Origin: Methanothermobacter marburgensis str. Marburg
GTDB taxonomy: Archaea; Methanobacteriota; Methanobacteria; Methanobacteriales; Methanothermobacteraceae
Assembly (NCBI RefSeq): GCF_000145295.1
Contig: NC_014408.1
Coordinates: 270,001 to 302,000, forward strand
DNA length: 32,000 nucleotides
Reading direction: 5' to 3'
Part shown: piece by piece, positions 18,730-27,445 of the stretch
How the letters are laid out: every line of letters starts with the position of its first letter
Numbering within the stretch: position 1 is the first letter of the stretch
The notes under the pieces: model-generated
Told to the model about the DNA's origin: nothing
The model's input: only the letters and a program-made list of their open reading frames with translations
Database searches by the model: none
Translations under genes and position numbers: made by a program

Positions 18730-19884
18730 ATGGATAAATTAACGGAACTTCTGAAATTACTTCAGAACACGGAATCCATCGAAATAAATGAGTTCAGGAT
18801 TGATGTTGACGAACTTGAACTCTACCTGATGCCTGTGGTTCAGCAGGCCATCCAGAAAACAGTTGAGGTTAGGGAGGCAGTTGAGGCACTCCCTGAGGAG
18901 GAATTTGAACCACCGGTAAAGACATACCCTGGTGAGGTTGCCCAGGTGAAACTGGGTGAGGGTACAAGGAAACCTGTTTACCTTGGCGGTCAGAAGGCCC
19001 TCTACAGATTTGAGGAACCCCAGCCAAACCCACCGGTGGTTACATTCGACGTCTTTGACATACCCATGCCGGGTCTCCCAAGGCCGATAAGGGAGCACTT
19101 CAGCGACGTCATGGAGGACCCTGGCGACTGGGCCAGGAAGGCGGTAAAGGAGTATGGTGCCAACATGGTCACAATACACCTCATCGGAACAGGACCCAAG
19201 GTAATGGACAAGTCACCGAGGGAGGCTGCAAATGACATTGAGGAGGTCCTCCAGGCCGTTGATGTCCCCCTGGTAATCGGGGGCTCAGGGGACCCTGAAA
19301 AGGATCCACTGGTTCTTGAAAAGGCTGCCGAGGCCGCCGAGGGCGAAAGGTGTCTCCTGGCATCAGCAAACCTGGACCTTGACTACAGAAAGGTTGCAAG
19401 GGCAGCCCTTGACCACAACCACGCGGTCCTATCATGGGCCATAACAGACGTCAACATGCAGAAAACCCTCAACCGTTACCTCATGAAGGAGGGCCTTAGT
19501 AGAGAGGACATAGTGATGGACCCAACAACCTGTGCACTGGGTTACGGTATAGAATTTTCAATAGACGTCATCACAAGGACAAGGCTCGCGGCCCTCAAGG
19601 GTGATGCAGACCTTCAGATGCCAATGTCCTCTGGAACAACCAACGCGTGGGGTTCAAGGGAGGCCTGGATGAAGAAGGATGAATGGGGACCCACAGACTA
19701 CAGGGGCCCTCTATGGGAGATAGTAACCGGACTTACAATGATGCTCTCAGGTGTGGATATATTCATGATGCTCCACCCAACATCTGTGAGGCTTCTGCGG
19801 GAGATAGGGGAAACCTTCACAAGGGAATACATGACGACCGAAACACCTGATCTCCGGGAATGGATAACTGAACTTGAATATTGA
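18730..19884 (+). CDS. cdhD: CODH/ACS complex delta subunit (corrinoid/Fe-S protein small subunit, TIM-barrel)
   Basis: About 385 aa, in operon position. The ATG at 18730 lies 6 nt after SD AGAGGTG. The track ORF starts at the GTG at 18724. Confidence 0.9.
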   Translation: MDKLTELLKLLQNTESIEINEFRIDVDELELYLMPVVQQAIQKTVEVREAVEALPEEEFEPPVKTYPGEVAQVKLGEGTRKPVYLGGQKALYRFEEPQPNPPVVTFDVFDIPMPGLPRPIREHFSDVMEDPGDWARKAVKEYGANMVTIHLIGTGPKVMDKSPREAANDIEEVLQAVDVPLVIGGSGDPEKDPLVLEKAAEAAEGERCLLASANLDLDYRKVARAALDHNHAVLSWAITDVNMQKTLNRYLMKEGLSREDIVMDPTTCALGYGIEFSIDVITRTRLAALKGDADLQMPMSSGTTNAWGSREAWMKKDEWGPTDYRGPLWEIVTGLTMMLSGVDIFMMLHPTSVRLLREIGETFTREYMTTETPDLREWITELEY

Positions 19885-19897
19885 GGAGGGGTTTAAA

Positions 19898-21274
19898 TTG
19901 CAGGTAACTGCCATGGATGTATACCGATTACTTCCAAAAACAAACTGTGGTAAATGTGACGAGTCATCATGCATGGCCTTCGCCACAAAACTCATAGAAA
20001 AGGAACTCACACTGGATGACTGCCCGCAGCTCAGTGGGGATGAAAGACAGAAGCTCGAGGACCTCCTTGCGCCGGCTGTGAGGGAAATCACCTTCGGCCC
20101 AGAAAAGAACCAGGTGGTGGTTGGGGGTGATGAGGTCCTCTACAGGTTTGAACTCACATACTATAACCCCACAGCCCTCGTGGTTGATCTTCCAGATGAC
20201 CTACCATCAGAGGAGATCAGGAAGAGGGCCAGTGATATCATGAATCTTAAATTCGAGCGTACCGGTGAGGAACTGACCCTGGATGCCATAGCGCTCAGGA
20301 ACAAATCAGGAAGCCCTGAAAAATTTGCAGAGGCAGCAGGGACCCTGGCTGAACTTAACTTCCCTGTTGTTCTATGCACATTCGATCCAGAGGCAATGAG
20401 GGCTGCCCTCGAGGTCCTGGGGGATCAGAGGCCCCTCATGTATGCGGCTACAAAGGACAACCTCCAGGAGATGGCTGATCTTTCCATTTCATACGGCTGC
20501 CCCCTGGTGCTCTTCTCACCGGGGGACCTTGAGGAGATGAAGAACCTCACAAGAAGACTGCGGGCAATGGGCCTTACTGAAATTATCCTGGACCCCGGAA
20601 CATTCACAGGTGAGGGAATAGGCGACACCATAGACAACTTTGTCATGATAAGGCGCCTTGCAGTTGAGGAAAGGGATGAGGACTTCCGCTTCCCCATCAT
20701 GGGCATACCAGCACTCTCAAGGCTTTCAGGAGGGGATCCAGTTGAGGATAACATAAAGGAGGCCACTGTTGCAGCCACACTCATGAACCGCTACGCCGAC
20801 ATTCTTATACTCGGAGGAACAGATATCTGGGAACTTATGCCCATACTCACCCTCAGACAGGGCCTCTACACTGATCCAAGGAAGCCACAGACTGTTGATC
20901 CGGGAATATATGAGTTTGGAGACGTTGATGAGAACTCCCCTGTGATACTCACAACCAACTTCTCACTCACATACTACACAGTGGAGGGTGACCTCAAGGC
21001 AGGTGATGTTACGGCATATCTCCTTGTGCTTGACACAGAGGGAAGGGCTGTGGACGTTTCACTGGCTGGAGGACAGCTCACGGGAACCGCAGTGGCTGAC
21101 CTTATAAAGGATAGTGGTATAGAGGATAGGGTAAAGGATAGGGTTCTCATCATTCCTGGACTTGCGGCACCTGCTAGTGGTGAAATAGAAGATGATACTG
21201 GATGGAAGGTGCTTGTGGGGCCAAGGGATTCCTCAGGGATACCTGACTACCTTGAAAAACTGGCATCGGAGTAG
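19898..21274 (+). CDS. cdhE: CODH/ACS complex gamma subunit (corrinoid/Fe-S protein large subunit)
   Basis: The N-terminal [4Fe-4S] motif is LPKTNCGKCDESSCMAFA. The TTG at 19898 follows SD GGAGG (19885-19889). The track ORF begins at 19874, and an ATG at 19913 is another alternative. Confidence 0.9.
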   Translation: MQVTAMDVYRLLPKTNCGKCDESSCMAFATKLIEKELTLDDCPQLSGDERQKLEDLLAPAVREITFGPEKNQVVVGGDEVLYRFELTYYNPTALVVDLPDDLPSEEIRKRASDIMNLKFERTGEELTLDAIALRNKSGSPEKFAEAAGTLAELNFPVVLCTFDPEAMRAALEVLGDQRPLMYAATKDNLQEMADLSISYGCPLVLFSPGDLEEMKNLTRRLRAMGLTEIILDPGTFTGEGIGDTIDNFVMIRRLAVEERDEDFRFPIMGIPALSRLSGGDPVEDNIKEATVAATLMNRYADILILGGTDIWELMPILTLRQGLYTDPRKPQTVDPGIYEFGDVDENSPVILTTNFSLTYYTVEGDLKAGDVTAYLLVLDTEGRAVDVSLAGGQLTGTAVADLIKDSGIEDRVKDRVLIIPGLAAPASGEIEDDTGWKVLVGPRDSSGIPDYLEKLASE

Positions 21275-21286
21275 AGGGGTGGTCCA

Positions 21287-21757
21287 TTGAAGATGCTGAT
21301 GGTAATTGACCCTGCAAGGTGCAGTGGCTGCGATGACTGCATAAATGCATGCAAAAAGACTCATGGTGTTGCAAGGGTCAGGAAGGCCGACAGGATGCCT
21401 GTATTCTGTCTTCAGTGCCACCCTGAGAAGGCCCCCTGCGCAAGGATATGTCCTGTTGGCGCCATAAGGGAGGTTGATGGGGCGCTTGTGATTGATGAGG
21501 ACGCATGCATACTCTGCAAGCTGTGTATGGTTGCCTGCCCCGCAGGAATGATAGTTCTTGATTCTGAAAAGAAATCAGCAGAAAAGTGTACGCTCTGTAT
21601 GGATGCCGACTGTCTGCTGCCTGCATGTGTGGATGCATGTAAGGAGAATGTCCTTAAACTGGTATCTGTGGATGACCTTGCTGATCTCAGGGATCGCATG
21701 GAGTTCAGTGAGGTCCTTGAGGAGGCAATGAAGATCTACAGGGGCAAGGTTAACTAG
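21287..21757 (+). CDS. Multi-cluster [4Fe-4S] ferredoxin (CooF/HycB-like), last gene of the cdh operon
   Basis: 156 aa with four Cys clusters (CSGCDDCINAC, CLQCHPEKAPCARICP, CILCKLCMVACP, CTLCMDADCLLPACVDAC). Alternative starts are at 21293 and 21299. Confidence 0.85.
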   Translation: MKMLMVIDPARCSGCDDCINACKKTHGVARVRKADRMPVFCLQCHPEKAPCARICPVGAIREVDGALVIDEDACILCKLCMVACPAGMIVLDSEKKSAEKCTLCMDADCLLPACVDACKENVLKLVSVDDLADLRDRMEFSEVLEEAMKIYRGKVN

Positions 21758-23118
21758 ATTTCCACGTGAAGGGTGTTTATCAACACCCTAATATATTTGT
21801 AGGACTCAGTAATGTTTTCAACTGGCCCTTTGAAGTATATGTAATATATGTAGCCCTTCTTTTTGAAGATGAATGCCACTATCCTGTATTTCTTTGTTTC
21901 ACCGGTTACCATGCATCCATGTTCGCTGTCCACGGTAACGGATCCCCGCGTGATGTTAAAAAGACCCCTCATGCTCAGAACGTCAATCAAGATATCTGAA
22001 AATTCTTCAGCAGTCACTCCGACGGCTTCCTTTCTCTTAACGGATATTTTAAGCCCATGTTCCTTACATGAAGCTTTAATAAGTTTTTCACCATCCTTAA
22101 CCTCCAGGAGGTCCCAGAAAATGGGGTACCTGAAGCTTATCTCCCCATTATCGAATCTCTCCAGGTATGGTTCCACATCGATCAGGTCTATCGCTGCGCG
22201 GGCCTTTCTTCTAACAAAAAGGTACGGATCATTGAGGGCCTCTATGAGTGATTCAAGGGCATCGGGGTCCCCTATAAGCCCCAGGGCCTCTGCCACCTTT
22301 CCACGAACATAGCGGTTTTTGTCCCTTTTTCTGCCTGAGACCATCCTTTTGAGGTAGGGAACAGCCCTTTTTGACCCTATCTCCCCAAGAGCTTCAACAA
22401 GGACGGCCCTTGTCTGCCATGAGGGATCAGAAAGTTTTTCAAGAAGGGGTTCAACTGCTGTTTCACCAAGATTCACAACTGCAAGGACAATCTGGCGCCG
22501 GACCTCCATGTCAGGGTCGTTGAGTTTATCAGTAAGGACCTCAAGACACCTCTCATCACCCAGATTTCTGATGACCCTTGCAGCGGCCTTTCTCACAACC
22601 CATGACCTGTCGTTAAGCGCAGCCAGTGCCTTTTTGAGTCCCCTCTTAGGGTCCAGTTCTGCAAGGGTGATGAGGGCATTTTTTCTTACATCCTCAATGG
22701 GGTCATTTAAATATCCTTCAACAGCATCAACTGACCTTTTATCCCCGAACCTAGAAAGAGATTTCAGTACACTGATTCTGACATCAATATCAGGGTCCTC
22801 AAGGGAACCTATCAGCGGTTCAATCGCGCTTGGATCACCTATATTCCCCAGTGCCCTAGCTGCTGCGGCCCTAACACCCCCAAGTATTGGGTAGTCCCTC
22901 TGCCATTCTTCATATCTGAGGGCATCAATCAGGGCCGTGACTGATCGCTCATCTGCAAGCTCTTCAAGGGCAAGGGCGGCATCCAGTCTTACGGTGTAAT
23001 CATCACTTTCAAGAGCCTCCATGAGACTTTGAACATCCCCCTCTTTCAGAAGCTTCTCGATGTCTAGGAATATAAAAAACCCCCCATAATGTATGCTATC
23101 CCTGATTAAAGCATACAT
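21754..23118 (-). CDS. HEAT-repeat (PBS-lyase HEAT-like) protein with an uncharacterised C-terminal domain of about 130 aa
   Basis: 454 aa with about 9 repeats of the type D.d..VR..AA.ALG.IGD..A...L. The C-terminal part (FDNGEISFRYPIFWDL...) is not repeat-like. The ATG overlaps the upstream GGR-like gene by 13 nt. Confidence 0.8.
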   Translation of the reverse strand: MYALIRDSIHYGGFFIFLDIEKLLKEGDVQSLMEALESDDYTVRLDAALALEELADERSVTALIDALRYEEWQRDYPILGGVRAAAARALGNIGDPSAIEPLIGSLEDPDIDVRISVLKSLSRFGDKRSVDAVEGYLNDPIEDVRKNALITLAELDPKRGLKKALAALNDRSWVVRKAAARVIRNLGDERCLEVLTDKLNDPDMEVRRQIVLAVVNLGETAVEPLLEKLSDPSWQTRAVLVEALGEIGSKRAVPYLKRMVSGRKRDKNRYVRGKVAEALGLIGDPDALESLIEALNDPYLFVRRKARAAIDLIDVEPYLERFDNGEISFRYPIFWDLLEVKDGEKLIKASCKEHGLKISVKRKEAVGVTAEEFSDILIDVLSMRGLFNITRGSVTVDSEHGCMVTGETKKYRIVAFIFKKKGYIYYIYFKGPVENITESYKYIRVLINTLHVEI

Positions 23119-24263
23119 TTGAGCATCTTTAAGATCCCGGGATAATCCCTCAGAATCTTAAGGAGTGATATTTTTGAGATGGAATTTAAAGCTTTTCCCT
23201 CAAAGGATCTTATGAGTGAATCGAGTTCATCATCACTTAAACCATCAAGTACCTTCCTAAATTTAAGTGATCTCTCAAGATTTTTACCTATCCGCTCATG
23301 CCATGTGCTCTCATACTTTGAGAGGAAGCCTGAATCGGTTCTCTGTGATTCAACCGCTTCAGTAGCCACATCTGCGGCTATCATCGCACACTTCGCTGCA
23401 ACGTGTATACCACCACCCGTGAGGGGATCAACCTGACCCGCTGCGTCACCAACTACAAGCAGGCTGTCTGTGTATGTCTTCCTGATGGGGCCGGCAATGG
23501 GTACAGCACCTGCGTTGAACTCCAGCCTGCTGCAGCCTGCCCTGGAGATGAACTGGTTAAGATAATGTAGCGGACTATTATCAGAGCATGTTGTTCTCCT
23601 TATGCCCACACCAACATTTGCCCTCCCATCACCCTTTGGGAAGACCCAGAGGTAACCTGATGGAGCAAAGGTACTCCCGAAGTAGAATTCCATGGTCTCA
23701 TCGTCCACATCGAAACCTGCGACCTCATACTGGGCACAGGAGCACAGTTCTCCCGGCCTGAAACGTGTATCGAGCCCCGCCATACGGCCAATACCTGACT
23801 GAATGCCGTCCGCTGCAATTACAATACTTGATTCAACCTCATGGGTTCCATCGGGACCCCTGAATTTAACACCGGAGACGGATCCATCGTGGAATATTAG
23901 GTCATTCACGCGGGACCCTGCAAGCACATCCGCCCCGGCTTCAGTAGCGCGCAAAGCGAGGTATTTATCAAAAATCTTTCTTTCAATGATGTAACCCTTT
24001 ATAATTGGGTTTCTGGTTGTTATGCTTGCACCATATGGTCCGTTGATCGTAGCAGAATTTATTCTTGTACATGTGAACTCGGGAAGGGGTTTTATACCTG
24101 TTGATTTGAAGAAGCTGTCGCTCACTCCCCCGGCGCACTGTACAGGAGTTCCTATCTCAGGGTTTCCTTCGAGCATGAGGACATGCAGACCATTTTTTGC
24201 TGCATGGTATGCTGCTATGGAACCTGCCACACGACCCCCGACAACAACAAGATCATACTTCAT
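23106..24263 (-). CDS. FAD-dependent geranylgeranyl reductase family oxidoreductase
   Basis: The start is set at MKYDLVVVGGRVAGS (the dinucleotide-binding GxGxxG-type N-terminus). It also has a GD motif (LLVVGDAAGQVDPLTGGGI). The track ORF extends to 24377, but that extension overlaps the ferredoxin gene. Confidence 0.85.
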   Translation of the reverse strand: MKYDLVVVGGRVAGSIAAYHAAKNGLHVLMLEGNPEIGTPVQCAGGVSDSFFKSTGIKPLPEFTCTRINSATINGPYGASITTRNPIIKGYIIERKIFDKYLALRATEAGADVLAGSRVNDLIFHDGSVSGVKFRGPDGTHEVESSIVIAADGIQSGIGRMAGLDTRFRPGELCSCAQYEVAGFDVDDETMEFYFGSTFAPSGYLWVFPKGDGRANVGVGIRRTTCSDNSPLHYLNQFISRAGCSRLEFNAGAVPIAGPIRKTYTDSLLVVGDAAGQVDPLTGGGIHVAAKCAMIAADVATEAVESQRTDSGFLSKYESTWHERIGKNLERSLKFRKVLDGLSDDELDSLIRSFEGKALNSISKISLLKILRDYPGILKMLKCML

Positions 24264-24450
24264 CCTGACACTCCATTGCATCCACAGGGCAGACTGCAGC
24301 ACAGGCAAGACACTCCAGGCACCCATCCCCCATGAGGAGGGTGTCCTCCAGTTCCAGGGCACCTGATGGACAGACATTCACACAGGCACCGCAGCGCATA
24401 CACCTTGATGGATCGTGTTTCAATGAACCACCCACTAGATTTATGGACAC
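24253..24450 (-). CDS. Small 2x[4Fe-4S] ferredoxin
   Basis: It carries CMRCGACVNVCP and CLECLACAAVCP. The 3' end overlaps the GGR-like start by 11 nt. The 5' end is uncertain (GTG at 24450 or 24435, or TTG at 24423). The track start at 24528 would cover the tRNA promoter. Confidence 0.75.
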   Translation of the reverse strand: MSINLVGGSLKHDPSRCMRCGACVNVCPSGALELEDTLLMGDGCLECLACAAVCPVDAMECQDEV

Positions 24451-24493
24451 CAGCTTTAATAATATTAGTGATATGATAATGACCACCGTTAAA

Positions 24494-24502
24494 TTAATAT
24501 AT
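24494..24502 (+). promoter_or_regulatory. TATA box TTAATATAT for the tRNA-Leu/tRNA-Thr transcription unit
   Basis: It is centred about 30 nt upstream of tRNA position 1 (24529). Confidence 0.55.
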
Positions 24503-24527
24503 GACTTTTTACTACTATCAATTACCA

Positions 24528-24613
<86 letters not shown>

Positions 24614-24646
24614 AGAGTTTTACCTGTTCTGAAATTAAAATTGTTT

Positions 24647-24719
24647 GCCTTAGTGGCTCAGGTGGTAGAGCGATGCCTTGGTAAGGCATAGGTCGGGGGT
24701 TCGAATCCCCCCTAAGGCT
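24647..24719 (+). tRNA. tRNA-Thr (anticodon GGU)
   Basis: Perfect cloverleaf: acceptor GCCTTAG/CTAAGGC, D arm GCTC-AGGTGGT-AGAGC, anticodon arm ATGCC-TTGGTAA-GGCAT, T arm GGGGG-TTCGAAT-CCCCC. Confidence 0.95.
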
Positions 24720-24744
24720 TTTTCATTGATTTTAAGGTGTTTTA

Positions 24745-25542
24745 ATGGAGAAGAAAATTGCTCAGATTTCAGACATACATTTCGGTGAAAAGAATTTCTC
24801 CAGCAAGCTCAGGGAGAATCTTCTGGGACAGCTTCAGGATGAAAATCCTGACCTCATAGTTGTTTCGGGTGACCTCACCACAGAGGGCTATGCTCATGAG
24901 TATGAACTTGCGGCTGAATTTGCAGATGAACTGCGGTCAATCACAGCAACATATATAATTCCAGGCAACCACGATGCAAGGAACGTTGGGCTGGTGCACT
25001 TTGAAAAGATGATAGGTAAGAGGAAGTTTGTCCATCATGACTCAGAATTTGCTGTTATAGGTCTTGATTCATCTGAACCTGACATAAATGACGGTCAGAT
25101 AGGGATGGATCAGCTTGAATGGCTTGCAAGGGAACTTGAAAGGGTTCCTGATCACCTATGCAAGATAGTTACATTTCACCACCATCTGCTACCCATACCA
25201 AACACCGGACGTGAGAGGAACATACTGCTGGATTCAGGCGATCTCCTCAGACTCCTCAATTCATATGGTGTTGATTTCGTGCTCAATGGACATAAGCATG
25301 TGCCCAATGTCTGGATGATTGAAGGGATGGTTACACTGAATTCAGGCACAGCCACAACAAGGAAGCTTAGGGGTGAGACTTTCCCTTCCCATAACCAACT
25401 GAGGATAGATGAGGATAGGATCTCTGTTGACCTTATAAACACCGAGAATGGTTCTAAAAGGGAAATGGCCAGTTATTCTGTTAAGGTTGAGGATGAAGAA
25501 TACATGATATGTTCATATGTACATCCAGAAGGCCCCCTTTAA
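24745..25542 (+). CDS. Calcineurin-like metallophosphoesterase
   Basis: 265 aa with the motifs DIHFG, GDLT, GNHD, HHH and GHKH in canonical order. Confidence 0.85.
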   Translation: MEKKIAQISDIHFGEKNFSSKLRENLLGQLQDENPDLIVVSGDLTTEGYAHEYELAAEFADELRSITATYIIPGNHDARNVGLVHFEKMIGKRKFVHHDSEFAVIGLDSSEPDINDGQIGMDQLEWLARELERVPDHLCKIVTFHHHLLPIPNTGRERNILLDSGDLLRLLNSYGVDFVLNGHKHVPNVWMIEGMVTLNSGTATTRKLRGETFPSHNQLRIDEDRISVDLINTENGSKREMASYSVKVEDEEYMICSYVHPEGPL

Positions 25543-25656
25543 CCCTTAATTTGATTTTCATATAAAAACATTAATATATCATCACACATAATGTTCTCTA
25601 ATAGGGAAAATAAATATGCATAATATGATCTTAATTTCATCATTAAGAATCTGCAG

Positions 25657-26271
25657 GTGGCAGCGTTGACCAAGGCATTTGATATACTTATGGCCGGGAT
25701 AATCTCAGGAATAGTGGCATTCACAACCTCAAAGCTGGGAGTGGGCGGAACTGTCATGGGTGCTGTTCTTGGTTCAATGCTATATCAGCTTCTCTCCCAC
25801 TACCTCAGGGAGCCACTCAAGAATGTTAAGACAGAGAGGGTTGAGAGCAGGGTGGTATTTGCAATACCCCTCATTATAATAGTTGTAATTGAGGCAATAT
25901 ACCTCCTTGGAAATTTCCAGTGGAAACCCCAGCATATATTTTACCTACTTGAGGAGGCAACCGACTGGAACCTCTTCAGGTCAATAGGGGTGGGGCTCAT
26001 GGTGATGGGGATCTACCCCCTCCTGCAACCTGAGACCATAAAGAAATCATATGGACATGTCCTATTACTCATGGGCCTCATTGTCCTCCTGAGGGGACTT
26101 GTGGATGTTCAGTCCCCCGTGGTAATGGTTTACAGGTCGATTTTTTATGAGTTCGACATCCTGATAACCGTGCTGGTCATAGTCACACTCCTCTACATGA
26201 TCGTATCCATACTCAGGGAATCTGTTGTCATTGTAATGGAAGATGAGGTGTCTTTGGAGAATGAAAAATAA
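25657..26271 (+). CDS. Hypothetical integral membrane protein (about 5 TM segments)
   Basis: 204-aa hydrophobic ORF. The start is uncertain (GTG 25657, TTG 25666 or ATG 25690). The 3' end overlaps the PhoU-fusion gene by 11 nt. Confidence 0.6.
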   Translation: MAALTKAFDILMAGIISGIVAFTTSKLGVGGTVMGAVLGSMLYQLLSHYLREPLKNVKTERVESRVVFAIPLIIIVVIEAIYLLGNFQWKPQHIFYLLEEATDWNLFRSIGVGLMVMGIYPLLQPETIKKSYGHVLLLMGLIVLLRGLVDVQSPVVMVYRSIFYEFDILITVLVIVTLLYMIVSILRESVVIVMEDEVSLENEK

Positions 26272-27172
26272 AACAAAAAATGCAACACTCAAGTCAATCA
26301 TAGATGTTATACTCTATGAGAACCCATCCACACAGGATGAGATTGCAGAAAGGCTTGGAATAACAAGGCGGTATGTTACCAAACTCCTCCAGCCCTTAAT
26401 AAAGGAGGGTGTTGTGAGAAGGGCCTACATTGTGGATATAAAGAAATTTGAGGAATTCCCGGAGCTTTTTGGAGAGGAGGTTACATCCCGGGAATACGCC
26501 GGAAGCTTTTTTATCAAGGAGATACTCAGAGACATGGCACAGCATGTCTGCAAACAGCTCAGGAAGTCATTCAGGTCCCTTGAGGAATACGACGAGGACC
26601 TTGCAAATGAGGCCCTGAAGATGGACTACATAACAAACACCATGCACGAGAAGGTGAGGTCCTCTGTTGATACAGCCATAGCAATGAACCCCTACTCAGA
26701 GTTCAGCAAGACAATGGCATTCACAGAGATTGCCTATGACCTTGAAAGGATAGGTGATCACTCTGCAATAATAGCCAACTTCGCAGTTAAGGAGTCCTAT
26801 GAGGTTGACCCTGCGATGATGGAGTACCTCCGGGAGATGTTTTCAATTGCTGTTGAGATGGTGAATACAGCAATGGACGCATTCCTCAACGAGAAACTTG
26901 AACTCAAGGCAAAACTCATGTCCCTTGAGGACGATATTCATAGGGTCCAGAAGAACGCCCTTAACTGTGTGGCCACACAGATGGCCGAAACACCATTTGA
27001 GGATAAGGAACGCTCAACCTATTACATATCCCTTTCAAGGGTTGTGAAGACCTTTGAGAGAATAGCGGATATTTCAATTGAGATATTCGATACTGCAGGG
27101 GAATATTACAGGAACATACCGAGAACAACAACACCTGAGCGCTTCAGGAGGCGTGAGAGGGAGGGCACGTAA
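26261..27172 (+). CDS. Winged-HTH / PhoU-domain fusion protein (putative phosphate-responsive transcription regulator)
   Basis: The N-terminal wHTH is STQDEIAERLGITRRYVTKLLQPLIKEGVV. It is followed by two PhoU-type helical repeats with E..(I)(G/A)D motifs (DLERIGDHSAII; TFERIADISIEIFD). The ATG at 26261 is preferred over 26243. Confidence 0.8.
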   Translation: MKNKTKNATLKSIIDVILYENPSTQDEIAERLGITRRYVTKLLQPLIKEGVVRRAYIVDIKKFEEFPELFGEEVTSREYAGSFFIKEILRDMAQHVCKQLRKSFRSLEEYDEDLANEALKMDYITNTMHEKVRSSVDTAIAMNPYSEFSKTMAFTEIAYDLERIGDHSAIIANFAVKESYEVDPAMMEYLREMFSIAVEMVNTAMDAFLNEKLELKAKLMSLEDDIHRVQKNALNCVATQMAETPFEDKERSTYYISLSRVVKTFERIADISIEIFDTAGEYYRNIPRTTTPERFRRREREGT

Positions 27173-27190
27173 TTTATTTCTTTTTCTTCT
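27173..27190 (+). terminator. Oligo-T rich tract after the PhoU-fusion stop
   Basis: The sequence is TTTATTTCTTTTTCTTCT, directly after the TAA. Confidence 0.4.
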
Positions 27191-27202
27191 CCAGCTATTC
27201 CT

Positions 27203-27445
27203 TTATTTTCTCTCTTCCCATTCCTTACCAAGAAGCCTGTCGCCAATAAAGACGCCGAATGCGTGCCATATGACTCCTATTCCCCAGAAGGCTGTTATCC
27301 AGTAGAATCACAATATGCCCGGGCTTGAAAGAAGGTTTATGAGGAAAAGGGTGAAGTTAACTATTACAAAAACAGATAGGTGTATGTAAAATCCCTTAAG
27401 TTCATCTACTCTCTTCCGGGCTCTTTCGTATTCATCGTCCTGCAT
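27203..27445 (-). pseudogene. 2TM-domain-like small membrane protein gene interrupted by one in-frame TGA (45 codons + TGA + 34 codons)
   Basis: Hand translation gives MQDDEYERARKRVDELKGFYIHLSVFVIVNFTLFLINLLSSPGIL*FYWITAFWGIGVIWHAFGVFIGDRLLGKEWEERK*. Both halves are in the same frame. The TGA (27308-27310) falls in the loop between two predicted TM helices. Both halves are below the ORF-track length cutoff. Confidence 0.65.

Noticed and set aside
27308-27310. The in-frame TGA of the 2TM gene read as selenocysteine.
   Set aside because: The aligned family position is expected to be Trp or aromatic, not Cys. I see no convincing SECIS-like hairpin in the 3' region. Among archaea, selenocysteine use is established mainly for Methanococcales and Methanopyrus, not for Methanothermobacter-type organisms. 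A nonsense mutation, a sequencing error or read-through is more parsimonious.
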